Positions 40,158-48,322 of a DNA stretch of 64,000 nt are shown here, in pieces. The translations under genes and the position numbers were made by a program. The stretch's first letter is position 1; every line of letters starts with the position of its first letter. The stretch lies in assembly GCA_963666975.2 (NCBI GenBank), contig CAXVYR010000004.1, positions 1,120,001 through 1,184,000 on the forward strand, written 5' to 3'. This DNA comes from Terriglobia bacterium. GTDB taxonomy: Bacteria; Acidobacteriota; Terriglobia; 2-12-FULL-54-10. The notes below the pieces were generated by a model. The model saw only the letters and a list, made by a program, of their open reading frames with translations, did no database searches and was not told the DNA's origin.

Positions 40158-41152
40158 CCCAAACGAGGGCCAAAATCTTGGGGACCACAATGGCCGGGGC
40201 CTTGTTGTGGGGAATGTGGATTCTGGCCGACGGCACCCGGCCCTACCTGCGCGGGAAGGCCCCGAAGCAAGTGGAGATTCAGAGGGGAACCGGCATATCG
40301 CAGATTGCGCGGCAACTCCAGGAAGCGGGGGTGATTCGCAGCACGCAGACGTTCCTTTGGCTGCACTACCTGCGGCCGGGTCAAACCCTGAAGGCGGGTG
40401 AATATGCCTTCCCTGGCCGCGTCTCGACACTGGAGGTGCTGCGGAAGCTGATTCGGGGGGATGTCGCTTACGATCTGCTGACGATTCCGGAAGGGTACAA
40501 TCGTTTCGAGATTGCCGGCGCTGTGTCGGCTCAAGGGCTGGCGACGCGCGAAGAATTCCTGGAGGCGAGCGAGGATGCAAGCCTGCTGGCGGACATAGAC
40601 CCGGAGGCCACCGACCTCGAGGGCTATCTGTTCCCCGACAGCTATCACTTTTCTCCCCGGCTCGGGGCAGCCGGGATGGTTCAGGCCATGGTGGACCGGT
40701 TCCGCGAAGTGTACTCCAGCCTGGCGCCAACAGGCGAAAAGCGCCCGATCCGCGAAATCGTCACGATGGCCTCTTTGGTGGAAAAAGAAGCTAATGAGCC
40801 GGAAGAACGGACGCTGATTGCGGCAGTTTTTTATAACCGCCTCGAACGGCGCATTCTGTTGCAATGCGACCCGACGGTCATCTATGCGGCGATGCTCGAA
40901 GGCCGCTACGACGGGAAGATTCGGCAGTCGCACTTAAACTCGCCGTCTCCTTACAATACGTACAGGCACCGCGGCTTGCCGCCGGGCCCGATCGCCAATC
41001 CGGGAAAGGCGTCCCTGAGCGCTGCCCTGCGCCCAGCCTCCAGCGATTACCTTTATTTTGTGGTGAACCACAACGGAGGGCACACCTTTTCGAGAACCTT
41101 GGGAGAGCACAACCAGGCGGTCAGCCTCTACCGGAAGGGCTGGAGCCAATGA
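40154..41152 (+). CDS. mltG: Endolytic transglycosylase MltG
   Basis: LKAGEY, TIPEG, LEGYLFPDSY, MASLVEKE, LQCDPTVIY, SPYNTY, GLPPGPIANPG. Confidence 0.96.
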   Translation: MTQTRAKILGTTMAGALLWGMWILADGTRPYLRGKAPKQVEIQRGTGISQIARQLQEAGVIRSTQTFLWLHYLRPGQTLKAGEYAFPGRVSTLEVLRKLIRGDVAYDLLTIPEGYNRFEIAGAVSAQGLATREEFLEASEDASLLADIDPEATDLEGYLFPDSYHFSPRLGAAGMVQAMVDRFREVYSSLAPTGEKRPIREIVTMASLVEKEANEPEERTLIAAVFYNRLERRILLQCDPTVIYAAMLEGRYDGKIRQSHLNSPSPYNTYRHRGLPPGPIANPGKASLSAALRPASSDYLYFVVNHNGGHTFSRTLGEHNQAVSLYRKGWSQ

Positions 41153-41221
41153 GAGTTTCCTCCCGGGCCGCTTCCCGGAGATGCTAACCTGGCGGCCAGC
41201 AAGAGGCCGCATGATCGAGGA

Positions 41222-42241
41222 ATGGGTCATTCATTGAAACTTAGTTACGATGACGGTTTTTCGCGCCACTGGAATCCCCACTGGAATCCAATGACGCCTT
41301 TCGTTCGCCGAAGCTCGTGTCCCACCGGCAAAGACGCAGGCCGGTTGCAGGCCCGCTTGCCGGCCTTATTGCCCGTATTGTTGCTTGTGCTGCTGGCAAC
41401 CTCCGGCTGCGCGGTGCAACGAAGACAACGGCTGCCCGATGCAATACAGGCGCCTGCGCTGCAACAGGCAACGCTGGAAGAGTTGCTGGAGAAGATTCAA
41501 ATCCAGCAGGATGCAATCCAGACACTGGAAGCAACTGTGGAGCTCGCGCCTTCGGTCACATCGCCGGACCAGGGGGAAATTGTGCAGTACCGGGATGTCC
41601 GGGCTTTTATTCTGATCCGCAAGCCTGCTTTTCTTCGGATGATCGGACAGTATCCCGTTGTGCGGAGTACGGCGTTTGATATGGCTTCCGACGGAGAAAT
41701 GTTCCGCCTCTATATTCCCTCCAAGAACCGGTTTATTATTGGAAAGAGCCGCGAAGGGCGGCGCTCCAAATCAGCGCTGGAGAACTTGCGCCCGCAGCAC
41801 ATCCTGGACGCTCTGCTGGTGAGCGGGCCGGAGCCGGGACGGGAACAGGCGGTGCTGGAAGTCGCATCGGAGGTCCGGAACAGTTTCTACATCGTCCACG
41901 TTCTCCGCACAGACGCAGACGGGAAATTGTCGCTGGCCAGAAAATTTTGGTTTGAGCGGCAGGGGCTGTCGCTCGCGCGTTTGCAGATATACGATGAAAG
42001 CGCGGAGGTGGCGAGCGACGTGCGTTACTCCAACCACGCCGAGTTTTCCGGCATCTCTTATGCCCGGCGAATCACCTTGGACCGGCCCAAAGACCGGTAC
42101 GGATTAAATCTGTCGATCTCCAAAATGGAGTTCAACCGGCCGCTCGGCGAAGAAAAATTCTCCATGGAACAGCCGCCGGGCACAGAAATGATTAACTTGG
42201 AACAGCAATCGCTGCCGGAGGGAGAAACAGACGTTGGTTAA
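41222..42241 (+). CDS. Lipoprotein with LolA/DUF4292-like fold (start uncertain)
   Basis: Lipobox ATSG-C; FDMASDG..FRLYIP, LENLRPQH, EKFSMEQPPG. Confidence 0.65.
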   Translation: MGHSLKLSYDDGFSRHWNPHWNPMTPFVRRSSCPTGKDAGRLQARLPALLPVLLLVLLATSGCAVQRRQRLPDAIQAPALQQATLEELLEKIQIQQDAIQTLEATVELAPSVTSPDQGEIVQYRDVRAFILIRKPAFLRMIGQYPVVRSTAFDMASDGEMFRLYIPSKNRFIIGKSREGRRSKSALENLRPQHILDALLVSGPEPGREQAVLEVASEVRNSFYIVHVLRTDADGKLSLARKFWFERQGLSLARLQIYDESAEVASDVRYSNHAEFSGISYARRITLDRPKDRYGLNLSISKMEFNRPLGEEKFSMEQPPGTEMINLEQQSLPEGETDVG

Positions 42242-43334
42242 CCGAATAGTATTCGCGAACTTGATCACGCGTCCCGTGCGGACGCTGGTAGCGGTGATAG
42301 CCGTGGCGGTGGAGGTTGTCCTGATTCTGATGGTGGTGGGACTCACCAGCGGCCTGCTGGAGGAGGTGGCCAAGCGCACGCAAGGAGTCGGCGCCGACAT
42401 CATGGTGCAGCCGCAGACCACTTCCCTTTTCATGGGATTCACCGGAGCGCCCATGCCCATTCAGATCCGGGACCGGCTGGCCCAGGTGCCGCAGGTCGAG
42501 GCGGTGGCCCCTGTCATGTTGCAGATGAGTTCCGTCGGCGGCGTCAATTTGATTTACGGAATCGACGTGGAGAGTTTTGACCAGGTCACCGGCGGCTTCC
42601 GGTTTCTGGAGGGAAGCGGCCTGGAGCAACCCGGCGATGTGCTGGTCGATGACATCTTCGCCCGCTCCCAGGGTCTGCATGCGGGCGAGAACCTGGAGCT
42701 GCTGAATCACACTTTGCGGCTGGCGGGCATTGTAGAACACGGCAAAGGCGCGCGCATCTTTATGAAAATCGATGCGCTGCAGGAGATGATGGGAAGCGCG
42801 GGCAAAGCCTCCGTCTTTTTCGTCAAGTTGAGCGACCCGAACCATACGGGTAACGTCCTGGCGCAATTTCGGGAAATCCTGCCGAACTATCAACTGCGCG
42901 ACATGAGAGAATACCTGTCGCTGATGACCTCCAGCAACATTCCGGGGCTCGGCAATTTTATCAACGTGATGATCGGGCTGGCCGTCTCCATCGGACTTTT
43001 GGTGATCTTCATTTCCATCTATTCCACCGTCGTAGAGCGGACGCGGGAAATCGGAATTCTCAAGTCGATGGGCGCCTCCAAGACATACATCGTGAACTTG
43101 GTGCTTCGGGAAACCACCTTGCTGACGGTCTTGGGTATCGGGTCCGGCATCGGACTCAGCTACCTGGTGCGCAGCCTGATCGTGCATACTTTCCCAACCA
43201 TGACTATCTTGCTTACGGGGGAATGGATGTTGCGGGCCGGCCTGATTGCCATGGTGACCAGCCTGCTGGGCGCCAGCTATCCCGCCCTCAAGGCAACACA
43301 GCAAGATGCGATTCAGGCCCTCGCCTACGAGTGA
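42234..43334 (+). CDS. ABC transporter permease (MacB/LolCE/FtsX-like)
   Basis: RPVRTL, GADIMVQP, VVERTREIGILKSMGAS, YPALKA...ALAYE. Confidence 0.9.
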   Translation: MVNRIVFANLITRPVRTLVAVIAVAVEVVLILMVVGLTSGLLEEVAKRTQGVGADIMVQPQTTSLFMGFTGAPMPIQIRDRLAQVPQVEAVAPVMLQMSSVGGVNLIYGIDVESFDQVTGGFRFLEGSGLEQPGDVLVDDIFARSQGLHAGENLELLNHTLRLAGIVEHGKGARIFMKIDALQEMMGSAGKASVFFVKLSDPNHTGNVLAQFREILPNYQLRDMREYLSLMTSSNIPGLGNFINVMIGLAVSIGLLVIFISIYSTVVERTREIGILKSMGASKTYIVNLVLRETTLLTVLGIGSGIGLSYLVRSLIVHTFPTMTILLTGEWMLRAGLIAMVTSLLGASYPALKATQQDAIQALAYE

Positions 43335-43384
43335 TCTTTTTCGATAGCGGCCCTGTCACCGCTGCCATGGCATATTGACGGTTC

Positions 43385-44062
43385 ATGAGTGAAATGATTC
43401 AAGTAGAAAACCTTCGGAAGATTTACCGCCTCGGCAGCGTCGACGTGCCTGCGTTGCGGGGGGTGAACCTCAGCGTCAAGGGAGGGGAGTTCGTGAGCAT
43501 CGTGGGCCCCTCCGGATGCGGAAAATCCACCCTCCTCTATGTGATCGGCGGCCTCACGGGACCCACCTCCGGCAGAGTGATTCTGGATGGCGTGGACCTG
43601 GGAGAACTGAAGGAGGGACAACGAACCGAGCTTCGGAAACAAAAAATCGGCTTCATCTTCCAGCGTTTTAACCTGCTTCCCACCCTGACGGCCTTCGGCA
43701 ATATCGCCCTGGCGAGCGATATCGCGGGCACGCTCAACGGCACGACGCGACACGAGATGACTGAAGTGGTCCAAATGCTGGGACTGCAGGACCGCCTGAA
43801 GCACCGTCCCGGCGAGCTCTCCGGAGGCGAACAGCAAAGGGTCGCCATCGCGCGCGCCGTGGTCAACCGCCCCAAAATCCTGCTGGCCGACGAGCCCACC
43901 GGCAACCTGGATACGCAAAACTCCGAGCTGGTGCTGAACATGCTCAAGGAGTTGAACCACAAATTCGGGCAAACCATCCTGATGATTACCCACAATCCGG
44001 AAGTCGCCACCTACAGCGACCGAATCGTGAACATGAGGGACGGGCACGTCCTCGACCATTAA
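43385..44062 (+). CDS. ABC transporter ATP-binding protein (LolD/MacB-like)
   Basis: [46 protein letters not shown]. Confidence 0.95.
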   Translation: MSEMIQVENLRKIYRLGSVDVPALRGVNLSVKGGEFVSIVGPSGCGKSTLLYVIGGLTGPTSGRVILDGVDLGELKEGQRTELRKQKIGFIFQRFNLLPTLTAFGNIALASDIAGTLNGTTRHEMTEVVQMLGLQDRLKHRPGELSGGEQQRVAIARAVVNRPKILLADEPTGNLDTQNSELVLNMLKELNHKFGQTILMITHNPEVATYSDRIVNMRDGHVLDH

Positions 44063-44190
44063 CCCAGAACCTATAACAGCGTCCCTTAGCGGCAACCATG
44101 GAAGCCGGAGCATTCCGGAGGACCGGCCGGGGGTCTTCCCTCCGGGTTCTCGCTCTGCCTCTACCCAAAGGACGCTTCTTCGCGTAAACT

Positions 44191-44571
44191 GTGGCTATGC
44201 TGAGGAAACTAGGCCGGGCCATCTACCGGGGAGTCTTTTGGGCGCATATTCGCGGAAGCTGGCAGTACGACATCATGGCCATTCTGATCCTGGCCTTTAT
44301 CTTCCTGACACCCCGCCACTGGTTCGACGACAGACCGGTCCCCGCCACGGAGCCGGCCTCTGACGTAGTGCTTCTGGAAAACGGCGCGACGCACAAGGTC
44401 TATCAGCTCCGCGCCGCCTTGCTCAATCCCCTGGCGGACCGCACGCTGGAGCAAAGCGCGCTGCAGTTTTTGCGAGACTATACAGGAAAGGCACTGGAAA
44501 TTACCCGGATTGAGCCAACCCGGGACTCTCAAGGACAGGTGGTCAGCTATGCCGTTTGGGTGCGAGAGTAA
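44191..44571 (+). CDS. Small membrane-anchored hypothetical protein
   Basis: RGSWQYDIMAILILAFIFLTPR..F.D.P; single TM segment; operon position. Confidence 0.7.
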   Translation: MAMLRKLGRAIYRGVFWAHIRGSWQYDIMAILILAFIFLTPRHWFDDRPVPATEPASDVVLLENGATHKVYQLRAALLNPLADRTLEQSALQFLRDYTGKALEITRIEPTRDSQGQVVSYAVWVRE

Positions 44572-45358
44572 AACAGCACGGAGTACATTCCTGCGGTTTG
44601 CGCTTCCGGCAACGGTTTGGATGGGTGCAGTTTGGATAGGCGCAGTTTGGATAGGATTGTTGCTCGGGAGCTTTTCCCCGGCGAGGGCATCCAGCCATCG
44701 CCATTCCTCGGAAAACGAATCGCCGGCGGGTGTGGGGAAGCTTGCGAAAGTGCTTTCCGGCATGGACCGGGCCGCGGCCAATTTTTCCAGCATGGCCGGG
44801 CACCTGGACTACACCAAAGTAACCGTGATCGTCGATGACCACTCCACCGAGAGCGGCGATATCTTTTTCGAGAAGTCGAAGGGTCAAACCCGGGTCATGA
44901 TCGCTTTTCGGGAGCCTGCGGAAAAATATGCCCTCTTCGCCGACGGAAAAGTTTTCTTGTACCAGCCGAAAATCGCGCAAGTTCAGGAGTATCAACTCTC
45001 GAACCGGCAGGACCTGCTGGAGCAATTTCTACTGCTGGGATTCGGCACGGGCGGCGAGGAAATACAACAAGCCTATCGCATCTCTTATCTTGGTGAAGAG
45101 ATGCTCGACGGCCAACAAGCCTACCATCTGGAGCTGCTGCCGAACTCCGCCAAGGTCTCCACTCAACTGGACCGCATCGAGCTTTGGATATCACCGGAAA
45201 GCTGGCAGCCCTTGCAGCAAAAGTTCTTTGAGCCGAGCGGCGACTATCTGATCGCCCGCTATACCGCCGTAACAGTGAATGGAAAGCTGCCGGGGAAAAC
45301 TTTCCGCCTGCCGATCCAAGGGAAAGTCCAAACCATCCGGCCTCAGAACCCCGAATAA
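44510..45358 (+). CDS. LolA-like outer-membrane lipoprotein carrier protein (start uncertain)
   Basis: Signal peptide; DGKVFLYQPKI.QV.EY, QFLLLGFG, HLELLP, IELWI...W.PLQQKF. Confidence 0.78.
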   Translation: MSQPGTLKDRWSAMPFGCESKTARSTFLRFALPATVWMGAVWIGAVWIGLLLGSFSPARASSHRHSSENESPAGVGKLAKVLSGMDRAAANFSSMAGHLDYTKVTVIVDDHSTESGDIFFEKSKGQTRVMIAFREPAEKYALFADGKVFLYQPKIAQVQEYQLSNRQDLLEQFLLLGFGTGGEEIQQAYRISYLGEEMLDGQQAYHLELLPNSAKVSTQLDRIELWISPESWQPLQQKFFEPSGDYLIARYTAVTVNGKLPGKTFRLPIQGKVQTIRPQNPE

Positions 45359-45397
45359 ACTTTTTCATCGCCTGCTGCTCCCGTTCCCATTTTCCGC

Positions 45398-45445
45398 TTG
45401 ACGGTGATCGTCGGCCCGTATATAGTTAACCATATGGTTAACTAT
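45398..45445 (+). promoter_or_regulatory. Sigma70 promoter with overlapping 24-bp palindromic ArsR-type operator
   Basis: TTGACG (45398)-17 bp-TATAGT (45421). The perfect palindrome ATAGTTAACCATATGGTTAACTAT (45422-45445) covers the -10 box and ATG 45434. Confidence 0.85.
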
Positions 45446-45883
45446 TCTCCAGGCTCGCTGGACGGAACTTTTGCCGCTCTGTCCGATCCGACACGCCGGG
45501 CCATCCTGGCCCGGCTGGCGCAAGGCGATGCATCCGTAACGGAACTGGCGGAGCCGTTCGACGTTTCCCTTCCCGCGATTCTGAAGCATCTCGCCGTGCT
45601 GAGGAACGCCGGGCTCCTCACCCGCCGCAAAGAGGGAAGGATGCAGCGTTGCCGGCTTGCTGCCCGTCCATTGAGGAATGCAGCCGGATGGCTTGCCCGT
45701 TACCGGCTCTTCTGGGAAAAGCAATTCGACTCGCTCGCCCGATATCTGGCAGAATCCAAAAAGGAGGAAGAATTTTCATGGCAACCCCGCAAGCCACACC
45801 CGAAACCACTCTCACGATCCGCAGGACATTCCAGGCCCCGCGCGAAAAAGTCTTCCATGCCTGGATGGACCCGGAAACACTGA
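45434..45883 (+). CDS. ArsR/SmtB-family transcriptional regulator
   Basis: FAALSDPTRRAILARL, SVTELAEPF..SLPAI.KHL.VL..AGL....EGR. Confidence 0.92.
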   Translation: MVNYSPGSLDGTFAALSDPTRRAILARLAQGDASVTELAEPFDVSLPAILKHLAVLRNAGLLTRRKEGRMQRCRLAARPLRNAAGWLARYRLFWEKQFDSLARYLAESKKEEEFSWQPRKPHPKPLSRSAGHSRPRAKKSSMPGWTRKH

Positions 45884-46227
45884 AGAAGTGGTGGGCACCG
45901 GAAGGATATGGAACGCCGGAAGCCGAAGTGGATTTGCGCGTGGGCGGACGGTACCGGCTGGGCATGAGGAAGCTCCCGGACGGAGAAGTCTTCTATCTTT
46001 CCGGCGCCTTCCGCGAAATCTCTCCCCCGGAACGGTTGGTGTACACATGGGCCTGGGAGCAAGCCTCTATGGATGTGGGGGAAACGCTGGTGACTATTGA
46101 ATTCCGCGAAGCGGGCCCGTCCACGGAGGTTATTTTAAAACACGAACTCTTCCCCGATGAGGCAGTGAGAGAGCATCACAATCAGGGATGGAACGGCTGT
46201 CTGGATAAACTGGCCAAACTCCTGTGA
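45778..46227 (+). CDS. SRPBCC/AHSA1-domain protein
   Basis: AGGAGG RBS; IRRTFQAPREKVFHAW, DLRVGGRY, PPERLVYTW, HNQGWNGCLDKL. Confidence 0.92.
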   Translation: MATPQATPETTLTIRRTFQAPREKVFHAWMDPETLKKWWAPEGYGTPEAEVDLRVGGRYRLGMRKLPDGEVFYLSGAFREISPPERLVYTWAWEQASMDVGETLVTIEFREAGPSTEVILKHELFPDEAVREHHNQGWNGCLDKLAKLL

Positions 46228-46272
46228 AGCTTCATTGATGGTACTCAGCAAGGAAAACTCTGTGAGGAAAAA

Positions 46273-46977
46273 ATGCCGGGCAAATTTCATGACAAAACCT
46301 TTCCAGGCGAAAGCAGGAAATACCGGGCCGTGCGCGACCATCTCCTTGCCGAGGAAGTGAAGCTGCGCCGCCAATTACAGGCAGTCGCGGCCTTGCGCAG
46401 GAAGTTGCCGCTGGGAGGAAAACTGAAAGAAGACTATCTGTTTGAGGAGGGCGGGGCCGATTTACGCGACCAAAAGAAGGCTCATCGCATCAGCTTTTCA
46501 AAGCTATTTGAAAAAGGCAAAGGAAGCTTAATCGTTTACAGCTTCATGTACTCTCCGGATGCAAAAACGCCGTGTCCGATGTGCACCTCGCTGCTCGACA
46601 GCCTGAACGGCGCCGCCCCGCATGTCCGGGACCGTGTCAATCTCGTCGTCGTCGCCAAAGCTCCGATTCAAAAAATCCGCCGCTGGGCGAAGAGCCGGAG
46701 ATGGCAGAACCTCAGGCTGCTGTCATCGGGGGCTAACACCTACAACTCCGATTATTTTGCGGAAGCGCCCAACGGCTCCCAGATGCCCGCGCTCAACGTC
46801 TTCCGCAAGACCAAAGGCGGCATTTATCACTGGTATAATGCCGAACTGTTTTACACCACCCCTGAAAAGGGGCAACATCCCCGGCACCTGGATATGATCT
46901 GGCCAATGTGGAACCTGTTCGACTTCACTCCGGAAGGCCGCGGGGAAAATTGGTATCCCAAATTTTCCTATGACTAG
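46273..46977 (+). CDS. DUF899-family thioredoxin-like protein
   Basis: LLAEE, RRKLP, LIVYSFM, PCPMCTS, WNLFDFTPEGRG..WYPK. Confidence 0.88.
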   Translation: MPGKFHDKTFPGESRKYRAVRDHLLAEEVKLRRQLQAVAALRRKLPLGGKLKEDYLFEEGGADLRDQKKAHRISFSKLFEKGKGSLIVYSFMYSPDAKTPCPMCTSLLDSLNGAAPHVRDRVNLVVVAKAPIQKIRRWAKSRRWQNLRLLSSGANTYNSDYFAEAPNGSQMPALNVFRKTKGGIYHWYNAELFYTTPEKGQHPRHLDMIWPMWNLFDFTPEGRGENWYPKFSYD

Positions 46978-47008
46978 AGCGTTTTACTACTGCTGTATCC
47001 TCCCTGGC

Positions 47009-47095
47009 TGTCATCCCGAGCGCAGCGAGGGATCTGCTTTTCTCTCTTCGGAACGACCCACCGCTTGGAGGAAAAACAGATCCCTCAGGATGACA
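47009..47095. repeat. REP-like palindromic intergenic element (TGTCATCC...GGATGACA class)
   Basis: TGTCATCCCGAGCGCAGCGAGGGATCTG ... CAGATCCCTCAGGATGACA; the right arm is internally shortened. Confidence 0.7.
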
Positions 47096-47185
47096 TACTC
47101 AGAGGCGCGGTGCAGGATACAGCAACAGGAAAACCGCTCTACACGTTTTCCTACGACTAACTATGACTAAAAGGAGAAAATCATT

Positions 47186-47686
47186 ATGGCGCGCATGATC
47201 GATCCATTGCTGGCGGAGATGGAGCAGGAAGCCGAGACGACCAAGCGGGTGCTCGAAAGGGTTCCGAACGACAAGCTAAGCTGGAAGCCTCACCCGAAGT
47301 CGATGTCGCTGGGCCAACTGGCCCTGCACGTCGCCACGATTCCGGGTTCCGTCTCAGAACTTCTCGCCGAGGACGTTTTTGAGTTTCCTGAACGCACGCA
47401 GCCTGCGGCCAACTCTGCTGCCGAACTGATCCCGGCGCTGGAGGAAAGTATTAAAACCGCCAAACGGGTGGCGGGCGGCTTCGACGACAAAAAAGCCATG
47501 GGGACATGGAAGCTGGTGAAGGACGGCAAAGAGATCATAGCGGCGCCGCGCATCGCGCTGCTCAGGTCCTTTATGCTGAACCATTGGTTCCACCACCGGG
47601 GCCAGCTTTCGGTTTACCTGCGCTTGCTCGATGTTCCTGTGCCTTCGATCTACGGCCCGAGCGCCGATGAAAATCCGTTTGAGTAG
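47186..47686 (+). CDS. DinB-family protein
   Basis: WKPHPKSMSLGQLALH, NHWFHHRGQLSVYLR...VPSIYGPSADE. Confidence 0.92.
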   Translation: MARMIDPLLAEMEQEAETTKRVLERVPNDKLSWKPHPKSMSLGQLALHVATIPGSVSELLAEDVFEFPERTQPAANSAAELIPALEESIKTAKRVAGGFDDKKAMGTWKLVKDGKEIIAAPRIALLRSFMLNHWFHHRGQLSVYLRLLDVPVPSIYGPSADENPFE

Positions 47687-48322
47687 AAGGCAGGAGACAG
47701 AAGCCAGCAGTCAGAAATCAGAAGAAAACATGGTTACTGCCTGAATGCTTTTCTCTCGATGTCGAAAGCTGATGTTGGAAGTTAACGTTCGCGGCTGACC
47801 AGCCGCCTTCTACCGCGCTCAGGTAAACCGACTGGAAGCCGATGTCCCGCATCCGCCGGTGGAAAAGGCCGAAAGCATCCGCTCGACCTCCTCAGAGTTG
47901 CATCCAGGGCAATTCATCTCCCTGTCGGCATCCTGCATCCGGCGCAACTTTTCAAAGCTGGTGCCGCAGCAACGGCACTGGTATTCATAGAGTGGCATAC
48001 TTTAATTATAATACAAAGACGGGAAATCTGAGCCGCCATAACGCTGGCGTGATACACATAGCGGCTACCTTCATCGCCACCCGGGCAAACGGCAGGAGTC
48101 CGACCTCATGCGTTTTCCCTCCTGCCTCTCTGGCAAACACTATCATCGCTTCTCTGTCCTTACCTATTGCAACAACGTATCGAGGATGTCAACAGAGCCA
48201 CACAGACTCTACAGTCCCGCTCCTTCCCTGGATGCCCAATAAGCCGCCTGAAGTTCATTCTGGCACTCTGTCATAAGTTTATCGTCGGGAGGAGCATTGC
48301 GGCCGAATTCAGACAAAAGCTG

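Noticed and set aside
45778-45883. 106-bp overlap of the ArsR and SRPBCC genes as a frameshift or programmed event
   Set aside because: SRPBCC has its own strong RBS, and such overlaps are common for this gene pair.
47690-48200. Intergenic stretch with short AG-rich repeats and small ORFs
   Set aside because: No recognisable protein motif or stable structure that I can support.
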